From assembly GCA_010909165.1 (NCBI GenBank), contig VJWM01000118.1, positions 124,001-188,000 of the forward strand: a stretch of DNA of 64,000 nucleotides, in the 5' to 3' direction. Positions 27,014 to 38,900 of the stretch are shown one piece after another (positions within the stretch are counted from its first letter, which is position 1; every line of letters begins with the position of its first letter). Under the pieces are notes generated by a model. It had not been told where the DNA came from. It did not search any database and saw nothing but the letters and a program-made list of their open reading frames with translations. This DNA comes from Anthoceros angustus (lineage: Eukaryota > Plantae > Anthocerotophyta). The position numbers and the translations under genes were made by a program.

Positions 27014-27199
27014 CTTGCTTGCTTGCTTGCTTGTATCGCTGTTTTAATCATGCCGGGACTGGAATATTCGAAACGCTCGGGGGACGCAAAGCTGGCACGG
27101 AACCGGGAATTTCTGATAACTGCAATTTTTAAGCCCGATTCAAAAGAAAAGCCATGTTTACACGGATACTCATGTAATACTCCATGGAAACTAAAGAAG

Positions 27200-27560
27200 T
27201 CTTTTAGTAAGGGGAAAAAAAGCTCATCCAGCAGGCATGACCAACACGGACCTGAGGATCAAGGTGAAAGGGAGCGACCAAGTTTCCTACCTATGGACAC
27301 TTCTCATTAAGGAGAAGACCTGAAAGGGAGCGACTAAGTTTCCTACCTATGGTCACATCTCTTTCCTTAATGTCATATGCAGGAAGAACAAATGGCTTGC
27401 AAACCACGAAGAAAGAGGAAGAAGCGTCACCTGTGGTCTCCGCTTTGTGAAAAACATCGTCCAGAGGGCCCTTTGAAGGGCAATTGAGACTTGTTGTCTG
27501 AAGTATACTGTGAAGTAGGAAAAAGACAGCCCTGTGCCGTGCCTGCAGGCGTGGTAACCT
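27200..27560. repeat. Dispersed repeat, copy 2
   Basis: Similar to 17590-17905. Confidence 0.65.
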
Positions 27561-27566
27561 TTGGTG

Positions 27567-27760
27567 CATGTAAACTTATGCAACACAACATATAAACTTA
27601 TACAAGACAAAATATAAACTCATGCAACACAACATGTAAACTTATGTAAGAGAACATGTAAACTCATGCAACACAACATGTAAACTCATATAACACATCA
27701 TGTAAACTCATGCAACACAACATGTAAACTCATGCAACACATCATGTAAAGTCATACAAT
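27567..27760. repeat. 22-bp tandem repeat (catgtaaactcatgcaacacaa)
   Basis: About 8 imperfect copies. Confidence 0.85.
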
Positions 27761-27812
27761 ATAGCATAAGAGTTCTCTAAAATTCGTTGCAAGAAACAAA
27801 TACATCGAAGAA

Positions 27813-28320
27813 ATAGGTTACAATTGGATGGCTTTGAATTGGTTGAATAAGGAATAGGTTACATTTGGATGAGTTTGAATAGATGGAATAAGGACTAGGT
27901 TACATTTGGATGAGTTTGAATAGATAGAATAAGGAATAGGTACAATTGGATGGTTTTGAATAGGATGAATAAGGATTAGGTTACAATTGGATGGCTTTAT
28001 TAGAATAAGTTGCAATCGGATAGCTGCTTAATTTGGAGTAGTGCCTTCCTCATCAGGAGTCCATCTTTAGCATATAAAAGGTTGCAAGACCTACTATAAG
28101 TAGATTACAATTGGATAACTGCCTAACCTGGAGTGACCCATGATCTAGAGTAGCCCCATCCTAATTAAGAGTTGTGGAAAGTCTACTTTGAGTAGGTTAG
28201 AATTGTATAGCTGCCTAGTAAGGAGTGACCCCTGACTTGAAGTAGCACATTCTAATTAGGAGTCGTGGAAGACCTACTTTGAGTAAGTTACAATTGGATG
28301 ACCGCCCAATATGGAGTAGC
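27813..28320. repeat. Degenerate tandem array (taggttacaattggat core) upstream of RRM gene 1
   Basis: Core recurs about 9 times with 35-90 bp spacing. Confidence 0.75.
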
Positions 28321-28572
28321 ATGTTTCCTAGTTCGGAGTCTATCATATGTATATAAAGGGTTGTGAGGTAGCTATAGTGCTCAACATTTCTTATTTTATG
28401 TAATGATATGCTAACTAGAGAAGTGTATCGTGTATAATATTTGCTTGCTTAACTTAAGAGAAGATCAGGAAAAAAAGCAAAGGAGCAAGTTATTACTCAT
28501 TTCTTGTAGTGACGTGTAAGCTTGAGAACACTCGAGCGTTGTATTACTTGAGGTTACTTACTTTTGTCGGAG

Positions 28573-29496
28573 ATGACAATAAACGATACAAACATGGAAC
28601 AAAATGTTTTGGCATCTACATGTTTGTGCGTTCAAAATCTTGACCCTGCAATTACAAAAGATCATCTATTTGACCTTTGTATTGGCTTTGGGACTATTGA
28701 GTCTATACGAATAATGCCCTCAATAGAAGATTCAGAACAATTTGCATTTATTAATTTTTATCATCTACAAGATGCTAAACGAGCTGTACGAATGTTAAAC
28801 TCAATTTTTATGGATGGAATGCCTATAATTCGCATCAAATTTAACCAAGTTTCAAGTTCGAGCTCTGAAGAAGAAATGTTAAGCAAATATAACAAAATCT
28901 CGACCTCGAGCTCTAAAGAAGAAATCTCAAGCAAGAATAACAAAATCTCAACTACAAGCTCTGAAGGACAAATGTCAAAATGTAACCAAATATCGAGTTT
29001 GAGCTCTAAAGAAATCTCAAGCAAATATAGCCAAATCTTGAGCTCGAGCTCTGAAGAAAAAATATCAAGAAATTCTAAGCAAATCTTGAGATCGACCTTT
29101 GAAGAAAAAATCTCAAGCGAATCTAACCAAATCTTGAGCTCGAGCTCTGAAGAAAAAATCTCAAGCAAATCTAACGAAATCTTGAACTCGAGCTCTAAGG
29201 AAGAAATCTCAAGCAAATATGACAAATCCCCGAGCAAATATAATACTATCTCAAGCAAACATAACCAAATCTCGAGCTCGAGCTCTTTACAGAAAATCTC
29301 AAGCAAATATAACAAACTCTCGAGCCAATATAATGAAATTGCGAGCAAGTATAGTGAAATCTCAAGCAAATATAACGAAATCTCGAGCTCGAGGTCTAGA
29401 GAAGAAATCTTGAGCAAATATAAGGAAATCTCGAGCAAATATAAGGAAATCTCAAGTAAATATAAGGAAATCTCGAGCAAATATAATGAGATCTAA
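28573..29496 (+). CDS. Intronless AT-rich RRM protein with Ser/Lys/Glu repeat tail
   Basis: RNP2-like LCVQNL, FGTIESIRIM, RNP1-like QFAFINF, DAKRAVRMLN; tail of SSSSEEKISSK and KYKEISS repeats; TATATAAAGG at ~28350. Confidence 0.7.
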   Translation: MTINDTNMEQNVLASTCLCVQNLDPAITKDHLFDLCIGFGTIESIRIMPSIEDSEQFAFINFYHLQDAKRAVRMLNSIFMDGMPIIRIKFNQVSSSSSEEEMLSKYNKISTSSSKEEISSKNNKISTTSSEGQMSKCNQISSLSSKEISSKYSQILSSSSEEKISRNSKQILRSTFEEKISSESNQILSSSSEEKISSKSNEILNSSSKEEISSKYDKSPSKYNTISSKHNQISSSSSLQKISSKYNKLSSQYNEIASKYSEISSKYNEISSSRSREEILSKYKEISSKYKEISSKYKEISSKYNEI

Positions 29497-32249
29497 AGCT
29501 CAAGGTCTAAAAAATAATTTTCGAGCTCAAGTTGGGGGTATGAAGATGATAAAGAAGCAACAAGAACAAGAATGAAGAAAGATATTTTTTTGGTCCACTA
29601 AGCATATGAACATTAGTTTCTCATTTCAAACATCAAATAAAATAAAGAGCCAAGATTGTAATGATATTTATTAGATACGATATAATAGGATAGAAAGGCA
29701 GACACACTAATTTATATTTTGAATCACAATTTATAAAGATGAATTTAGTTTTGATTATAATAAATTAAATTAAATATATATTATTGTAATGATTGTACAA
29801 ATGTTTTAGCTAGGTAATGGTTTCTATGGAACATGTAGTCTTCCTATCTTGAGCCAATTTCCGGGCTTCGGCTTAGCAAAGCTTAATAGAGGCAATTCTT
29901 TACTTTCATTACAAGAGCTACCAAGATCGGCCACCAATGAAGTTATATTTATTTTTTGTGTGTTGCGACTCTAGCCAGAAGTTCAAAGACCTGGTTTGTG
30001 CCCCAACGTGGTACACCCGCGGCAAGGCCGCAATGGCTCGATTGACTGGCCTTGATGATCATGATCTTTAATGAGGCCAAGCCGCGACGACCTCATCAGC
30101 CTACCAGGCCATCAATACATGAGAATGCACCCATTTGGCTGACCAAGAACTTGATCGATGATCGAGCAACCATGATCGATCAGCTGATTACCACCTAATC
30201 CAACAGCTAATTGATCCTACTCTCTAGATCGATGAGCTTTAGACCCTGTTGCTTGATATGAAGTGGAACAGCTGGGATTGACCTTGGCACATTTGAAGTT
30301 GAGTTTCTCGATCCTGTACGCTTTCCAAGTTCAGGCTTATGTAGAGAGCTAGACTTTGAAGGAGAGGCACCATGACCCATATGCATGTCGAAGGAAGTTC
30401 TCCAGGCGAGGACAAAGAAAGCTGTAGACCTAAATCAAAAACCAACCCCTTCATGCTTGAATCGAAAGCTACATCAGCCAAACCTAGTTGAATCGCCTGA
30501 GCCGATTCAGGCCAGGCTTGATTCATGCGTGAAGGTCATGGGACACCTATCATATATCAAGCTTGAATGGTTGAGGCCTGAATCAATCAGGTGTCTGAAT
30601 GAGATTAAAAGCCTGAACATCATGGCTTTCCGCAGGACTTGGCTCTCCAAAACGACGGCTCATCACTTTCGCACCGACAGCTTTCCCAATAAACTTTGGC
30701 TCACAGCCTTCACGCTGAGCGACGGCTTTTGCTGAGCACTTTCCGCTGAGACGGCTTTACTGGTAACCGCTCTGAGCGACGCTTTCCGCCTGAACAGCTT
30801 CACTTTCCGCCTGAATGAGCGAATTCTAGCCCAATCACTAGGCATGGCAGCCTAATAACGGCCCGGCTGCTGGCTTGCAACCACGGCCAAGCCTGATGAT
30901 CACGGCCTAGCCGTTATCGCACGTTGGCCCGATCGAGATTATGCCCAGCCTTTTGTGGCCACTAGGTCTAGTTGGAGCTCCATCTGACTCCGTGTACCAA
31001 GTAGGAGATCCAACTCGGTGCACCGAGTCAGGTGAAGGGCTAGCTCCGCCAAAAAGAAAAGAAAGAAAGTAAGGATTTTCCCTTGCTTGAAACGGTACAC
31101 CATATATATGATCTTTGATGTAAGGTCCTTCAGGGGTATGATGTAACGAATGCACATCCTCAGCCATTTCAGGCTTATGTCAGTCTTTTACTCTCGCTCT
31201 ACAATATGAAATACATGTTTCATATGTACTTTTTGCCAAGTGGTATGAAATATATATAAATCACGGTTTTATATACGGTTCAATACCATATACAAATTCA
31301 TAAGTTTTGTTTGCACGGTTCAAGCGCGCCAAACCCGCACTAGAGGTGTTCGGCTTTTGGAGAGTTTATGGTGCCGCTTCTAGAGCCATTCGGCTTCTAG
31401 AGAAAGTTTATGTTGCCACTTTAGGCTTTTATTTTTGCATCCAGCTCCCAAAAAGTCCTTGTTCATGTGTGCATATCCTGGTGTAGGGTTTCACACGGGA
31501 GCCATGTCAAAGTTTGCTTGCTAATCTGTCAATCAAGTCGGCCATTAGGGGCCAGTCCGGAACCATGTCAATAAATATCTCTGCAATGAAGTAGATTGCA
31601 ATCCTACCTTTAGTCTGCAACCACAAGCAACAGCAGACAAGCGTTGCTGCCTGTAATTGTCTGTATCACTCGGGCTTCCACTTAATCTGTCAACACATCC
31701 ATACAAGTACACATGTCACAATGGATGGTAGACCTCTCGCGAGCACAACTTTATCCAGCCCGGTGCATGACCAAACAAGGTTGGTGATGATTCAAGCATT
31801 CCATGTGCATTCCGTGCAAACCTTTAAGTAACTAACCATAATATAACAGACTCTAACCCTAGGTACGAACATATTCGTAGATAGTATAAAATCGATATAC
31901 CCGGAAGTGGATTGTGCGAACCGATTTGACAGTTGCAACACTCCGGAACAAAGTTTTCCGTGGGACCGTATATTGTATGGAGAGTCGTTTTGAAGTGAGC
32001 TTTCCACACACCATAGGGGGCCTCTAAATTACGTAGACTGTAAATAATCGATTACATTCACCAAAAAGAAATTATGATTTTTTTTAAATCGTTCGAGTTA
32101 AAGAACATGGTGAAGCCAGCTTGGGTTGATGAGTTGCTCGTTCCCTTGGGTATGCAGATGTATCCTGGTACCTCTCCTTCCAAGTCGAACTCTCCGGGTA
32201 AGCCTGAACCTGGCAGGAGTGCAGGATCGGAAATGGGCGTGGTACCGGG

Positions 32250-32988
32250 TGGAACTATGGGCATGTTATGTCAGCAGGGGAAACTTTCTGAGGACGTTGG
32301 ACCCCTGGACTCTCTTGCGCAGGCAGACGCTGTTCTTTCTCTGTCCCTGTTATATATATGCTGCGGATTTGTTGCGGGGCGACGAGTTCCTAATCTCACT
32401 GCCAAACGTGGATACGAGTCGAGTGCATATTTGGGGAACCAGATCTTGCGCATGTATGCATGCGGAGGTAGGCCATGGATGTGTTCTCGAGGGTGGGCAA
32501 ACCAAATGTCTTCATGTGGTTTTCCATAATCTCTGCTCATACGAAGCACAGGAACCTAAGAATGAATGGAGCAGGAGGGCCTGATTTTGGACAACCATGG
32601 TACTTTTGCTTGCCTTCTGAATGCTTGTGCAAACACCGTGTCCCTCTAAGGCGGTACACTCCTGCATGGGAAGAGGACTACTGGGCGACGTAATCTTGGG
32701 CAACTGCCTCGTTGTATGCAAAATGTGGTGAATTTGAAGATGCACGCCAGGTGTTTGACTGGATGAACACAAAGGATGTGTGGCATGGACCGCCGTGATT
32801 GCTGGGCGGTTGCTGGCAGGATGTCCTCGTTTTGGTTGCGCATGTTACTTTTGATTGGCTTCTAAACGCCTGTGCAAGCACTGATGCTTTACAGAAGGGC
32901 AGGCAGCTGCAGTCACTCATATTTGTCGAAAGATGACTGTTGGATGACGTGAGGGTGGGCAAGTGCCTGATGGACATGTATGCAAAAT
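32250..32988 (+). pseudogene. PLS-class PPR gene, 5' part, interrupted by Copia
   Basis: YLGNQILRMYACG, PNVFMWFSIISAH, LLNACAS..ALQKGRQL, VGKCLMDMYAK| resumes CGE at 41801. Confidence 0.8.
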
Positions 32989-35900
32989 TGATGAAATATA
33001 TTAGGTATAGGGCACTATTCACTAGGGCACCTTTACTTAATGATTATTATATGCCTAGGGCACTAAGTAGTTTTCTTTAGGTGGTTATTTAGGTAGTTAG
33101 TTGTTATAACCACTTATGGTTATAACCACTTATAGTTACAACAACTTATGGTTGTAACCACCGACTCTACCTACTATTTAAACACTCTTGTATTTTCTAT
33201 TATGTAATGCAACTCTACAAGACTCTTTTGCAAGTGCGTTTGTGCGTGATTCTCATCATGGTATCGAGCTTGGCTCTAGATGCTTGAGCACCTTGCTTGC
33301 CTCTTCTTTAGGCATGAATTCTTTTGTGCATTACTAATTTTGCAGCATGGAATTTTGGCTTGGAGGCAACTTTACAATTATGCTCAACATCATATTTTTA
33401 TGATGCACAAATTGTGCATCACTTTCTTGACTCCTTCTCATGGGGCAAGGAAGTAGGAGGAGATTGAAGGCTGCATCAAGGAGAATGCATCAAATTATAA
33501 TAATTCGATAAATTTATAGATCCAATTGAAAGAGATTCTAAATTTATTAGCAATTTTATTGGTGCAATCCTTATAAAATCAGAGAATCAAGGAGAGTTGA
33601 TTGAGGTTGGCTAAGAGAGATTTACTTACTTGTTTTAGTTTATCACAAGTAGAATCTCTAGTTTTAGCACTCCAACACATTCCTAATCTACATCTGGTCT
33701 GTTGTGATTAGTAGCAGATTCTCTGACCTCTCCTTAAATCTATCAAAATAGATTCGAACTTAGACATGATGTCATTAGTAGACAATTGTCGTCTTTGGCT
33801 CATGCCTTCAATCATTTAGTGGATGCATTGAAGACTTAGATACTAAAATGTCTAAAAGTTCCTGAAATTCACATTTTTACAGATTGTTTTGATATGATTG
33901 GAGCATCGTCGTGAAATCTCCTCCAAGACGCACGCGACGTAGTCGTGGTCTTTAAACATCACCTGCCATGGCTAGTCGGGAAGATGAGGGAGAGCAACTT
34001 GTGAAGAAGTCAACATCAACAAGGACCCTATTGAGACCAAATCAATGGTTGTCAATAATTATGGAGACGACTTCAAAGAAAAGGGATTCAATGGCAAGGA
34101 CTACGGCGTCTGCGAATGAGGGAGTATTGCGTAACCGTGACCTATGGGATATTGTCGGGAGCCTTAGAGCGCCCAAGATGGGGTCTTGTCACGGGATGCG
34201 AAGGATGAGAGAGCCGGATATGATTATCGATGGTCTCTCTCTCCATATGGTACGGCAAATCGTGAGGATCCTCCAAGGAAATGTGGGATCACCTCGCACA
34301 ATTATACTCCTCCAAGGATGTTATGAGTCCGATGACTACTGCTCGTAACTTCCACAACCTTAAGATGAGGGAATCGACACCATTGAACACCATATTAGTG
34401 CTTTTCGAATGGCAAGATCCCAACTTGAAGCTTCCAACTCCAAGCTCTCCGAGTTAACATGCTTTGTTGCATTATTATCCTCTCTTCCATCCTCCTATAG
34501 ATCATTTGTGACAACTCAAAATCTGTATTGAGAACAGCCGGAAAAATATGGACAAGCATGATACCTTGGACATAAGTATAAATGAGTTGATCGGAGCATT
34601 GATACGGAGGAGTCCAATCGTCAAGACTCACGAACTAGCCGGCAAGTGATGTACAGGAAGAGGCGGAGGAAGTGGTCGAGGCCGCAAACGGACCTCCTTC
34701 CACTAAGCCCGCCACTTCATCCAGCTTCTAGGAGCTTCTCCGTCTTCTTCTACACCGCAAGAGGTAATAAGAAGGCGGAATTATTTGCAATTGGTGCGTA
34801 ATCCCAAATCACATGGAGAAGGATGCGAAGGAAGAAAATGGTGAGCCTAGGAAAGAGGCCTCACCGCGCACATGTTCTTGTGAAGAAACCATCCTCTTCA
34901 ACTCTTCGCCTTACAGATGCTGCATCCTCCCGCCTACAAATCAATTGTACCTTGATAGTGGAGCTACCTCACACATCTGTCATGACAAAGACTCCTTTGA
35001 GTCATATTCCCCAACCACAGGACACCGTGTCCTCTTGGGTGATGATCACAACCTCCCAATAGCTGGTGCGAGTTCAGTTGTCCTCAGATGTTCCACAGGT
35101 CAGACTCTTCACTTACGTCATGTCCTTCATGTACCAGCCATGTGTAAAAATCTAGTCTCCGCTAGTTTATGTCATGCACATACTATGCAAGTCACACTTT
35201 ATGCAGATAGTTGTCTTATTTCATACACCTCCAATAAGTCACATGCCATCCGCATAGGCATACTAGAAGATGGGCTATACAAACTTTCAGCTCAAGTGGG
35301 TCCCACATTCCATCAATGTCCCCAATTACACCACCCGGCCATACCATGTTGTGGCATTGTCGTCTCGGTCATCCTAATAGCCAAAAATTAGTACAAATGT
35401 CTAAGGCGGAAATCTATACCGCACACCCCTTTCTCAAATTCAACACCTTCCATGGTGTGAGACTTGTGTCATTACCAAAAGACATCAAGCCCCTTTCCGA
35501 ACATCTCTCCACAGGCGACATCTCCTCTAGAGCTTGTTCATACAGACATTTGTGGCCCTATCTCTACACCTTCCTTCGGTGGTAGCGAGATATTTTTGAC
35601 CTTCATCGTGACTACTCCCGCTTTACACTCACCTATATCCTTAATCACAAGGGTGATACTTATCATTTCTTCAAGGACTATATGGCTGGCGGAGAGATTG
35701 AGAAGAAACTCAAGACCTTACGTTGACAATGGTGGCGAGTTTACTTCTAAGCTTTGAGGACTTTTGCCGAGCTCAAGGTATAGCTCAACAACTCCTTCGC
35801 TTACAAGATGCCTGCATCCTCCCGCCTACAAATCAAGGTACCTTGATAGTGGAGCTACCTCACACATCGTCATGACAAAGACTCCTTTGAGTCATATTCC

Positions 35901-38900
35901 CCAACCACGGACACCGATGTCCTCTTGGGTGATGATCACAACCTCCCAATAGCTGGTGCAGTTCTTGTCCTCGATGTTCCACAGTCGACTCTTCACTTAC
36001 GCCATGTCCTTCATGTACCATGTGTAAAAATCTAGTCTCGCCGCTAGTTTATGTCATGCACATACTATGCAAGTCACACTTTATGCGATAGTTGTCTTAT
36101 TTCATACACCTCCAATAAGTCACATGCCATCTGCATAGGCATACTAGAAGATGGGCTATACAAACTTTCAGCTCAAGTGGGTCCCACATTCCATCAATGT
36201 CCCCAATTACACCACCCGGCCATACCATGTTGTGGCATTGTCGTCTCGGTCATCCTAATAGCCAAAAATTAGTACAAATGTCTAAGGCGGAAATCTATAC
36301 CGCACACCCCTTTCTCAAATTCAACACCTTCCATGGTGTGAGACTTGTGTCATTACCAAAAGACATCAAGCCCCTTCCGAACATCTCTCCACAGGCGACA
36401 TCTCCTCTAGAGCTTGTTCATACAGACATTTGTGGCCCTATCTCTACACCTTCCTTCGGTGGTAGCGAGATATTTTTGACCTTCATCGTGACTACTCCCG
36501 CTTTACACTCACCTATATCCTTAATCACAAGGGTGATACTTATCATTTCTTCAAGGACTATATGGCTGGCGGAGAGATTGAGAGAAGAAACTCAAGACCT
36601 TACGTTGACAATGGTGGCGAGTTTACTTCTAAGCTTTGAGGACTTTTGCCGAGCTCAAGGTATAGCTCAACAACTCCTTCGCTTACAAGATGCCTGCATC
36701 CTCCCGCCTACAAATCAAGGTACCTTGATAGTGGAGCTACCTCACACATCGTCATGACAAAGACTCCTTTGAGTCATATTCCCCAACCACGGACACCGAT
36801 GTCCTCTTGGGTGATGATCACAACCTCCCAATAGCTGGTGCAGTTCGTTGTCCTCGATGTTCCACAGTCGACTCTTCACTTACGCCATGTCCTTCATGTA
36901 CCATGTGTAAAAATCTAGTCTCGCCGCTAGTTTATGTCATGCACATACTATGCAAGTCACACTTTATGCGATAGTTGTCTTATTTCATACACCTCCAATA
37001 AGTCACATGCCATCTGCATAGGCATACTAGAAGATGGGCTATACAAACTTTCAGCTCAAGTGGGTCCCACATTCACATTCCATCAATGTCGCCCCCACCG
37101 CACATACCATACCATGTTGTGGCATTGTCGTCTCGGTCATCCTAATAGCCAAAAATTAGTACAAATGTCTAAGGTGAAATCTATACCGCACACCGCCTTC
37201 TCAAATTCAACACCTTCCATGGTGTGAGACTTGTGTCATTACCAAAAGACATCAAGCCCCTTTCGAACATCTCTCCACAGAGGCGACATCTCCTCTAGAG
37301 CTTGTTCATACAGACATTTGTGGCCCTATCTACACCTTCCTTCTGGTAGATATTTTTGACCTTCATCGACTACTCCCGCTTTACACTCACCTATATCCTT
37401 AATCACAAGGGTGATACTTATCATTTCTTCAAGGACTATATGGCTCGGAGAGATTGAGAAGAAACTCAAGACCTTACGTTGACAATGGTGGCGAGTTTAC
37501 TTCTAAGCTTTGAGGACTTTTGCCGAGCTCAAGGTATAGCTCAACAACTCACCGTTGTATACACTCCTCAACAAAATGGCGTAGCTGAAAATAAAAATCT
37601 GCGCCTTCAAGAGATCACGCTTGTTAACCCAAGCAAATTTACCCAAAGTATATTGGGCTGAGGCACTCCTCACAGCCACATATCTCATGAATCGATCGCC
37701 CACTGCGGTCAAGGTATGACACCTTATGAAGCCTTTCTTGGCAAGAAGCCTTCTATTGATCATCTCGCATTTTGGATCTCCGCATATGTCTTTATTCCTA
37801 AAGCATTGCGTAAGTTAGATCCGAAGCGGCCGATATACTTTTATTGGTTATACGGAAGGAATCAAGGGCTATAAATTATTTGATCCTTCCACCAAAAGCT
37901 TCTTTATGCTCGCGTCACTTTTCATGAACATTCCCTATTTTCTCCTTGATGGGAGATCTAATGCCTCCCATCCTTCATCTCGATGCGGAGCTGAATGTTC
38001 TTCTTTTGATACTAGTGACTACATTATGGACTTCCCTGTTCACCTCTCCGTGTCCCTTCCGATGGACCTATTATGCAAGAGGAGGAGGAGTTAGCCCCCG
38101 TCTTACGTCCCGACTCACCTTCATTAGATACCGAGGAACCTCAACATTTTGAGGATATTCCTGCTGATCTGGACGAACCTGAGCGTGACCCTGAGTAAAT
38201 ATTTAGTCGAGGACCCTCCTCAGGAATCAACCCTTCTTGAAGACGTAGAAGACGAGCAACCTGCACAAAGGTACAATCTCAGAACCAGACCAACCATCCC
38301 TGGTCCTGCAGGTTGGAAGGAGCCTCCTTTGGGATACCTAGCTACTTCCGAAGCCGTATATCAGGCAACTATTGACCCAGAAGAACCCACTACTCTCAAA
38401 CAAGCCTTCTCATCCCCTGAAAAGGACTTATGGAAGGCAGCAGTAGATTCTGAATATGACTCCTTGATCAAGAATTCTACATGGGAACTGGTCAAACCCC
38501 CTAAGGGGAGGAAGATAGTGACAAGCAAATGGGTATTTAAAATCAAGAGAAAAGGAGATGGTTCCATTGAAAGATATAAGGCACGTCTAGTAGCCAGAGG
38601 CTTTACACAAATTCTGGCCTAGACTACGTACCTTGGGCCACTTATGCCCCTGTAGCCAAATTTGCTAGCCTTCGAATGATATTTGCCTTATCTGCCCAGT
38701 ATGATCTTGAACTCCATATGATGGATGTAAAGACAGCATATTTACATGGGCATCTACAAGAAGAAATATACATGAAACAACCCGAGGGTTATGAGGTTAA
38801 AGGCAAAGAAGATTTGGTGTGTAAGCTTATTAAATGTATCTACGGATTGAAGCAATCCGGTAAGGAATGGAACAATAATACATATTAAGCTTATTAAACG

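Noticed and set aside
27567-28320. Repeat arrays that superficially resemble CRISPR
   Set aside because: Eukaryotic context, degenerate repeats without unique equal-length spacers, no cas genes.
28761-29480. 239-aa antisense ORF of LLEISLY repeats
   Set aside because: Mirror of the sense-strand minisatellite in the RRM gene; no independent evidence.
29800-31300. Possible degraded retroelement with short tandem repeats at 30650-30830
   Set aside because: No LTR pair, PBS or protein motif I could support.
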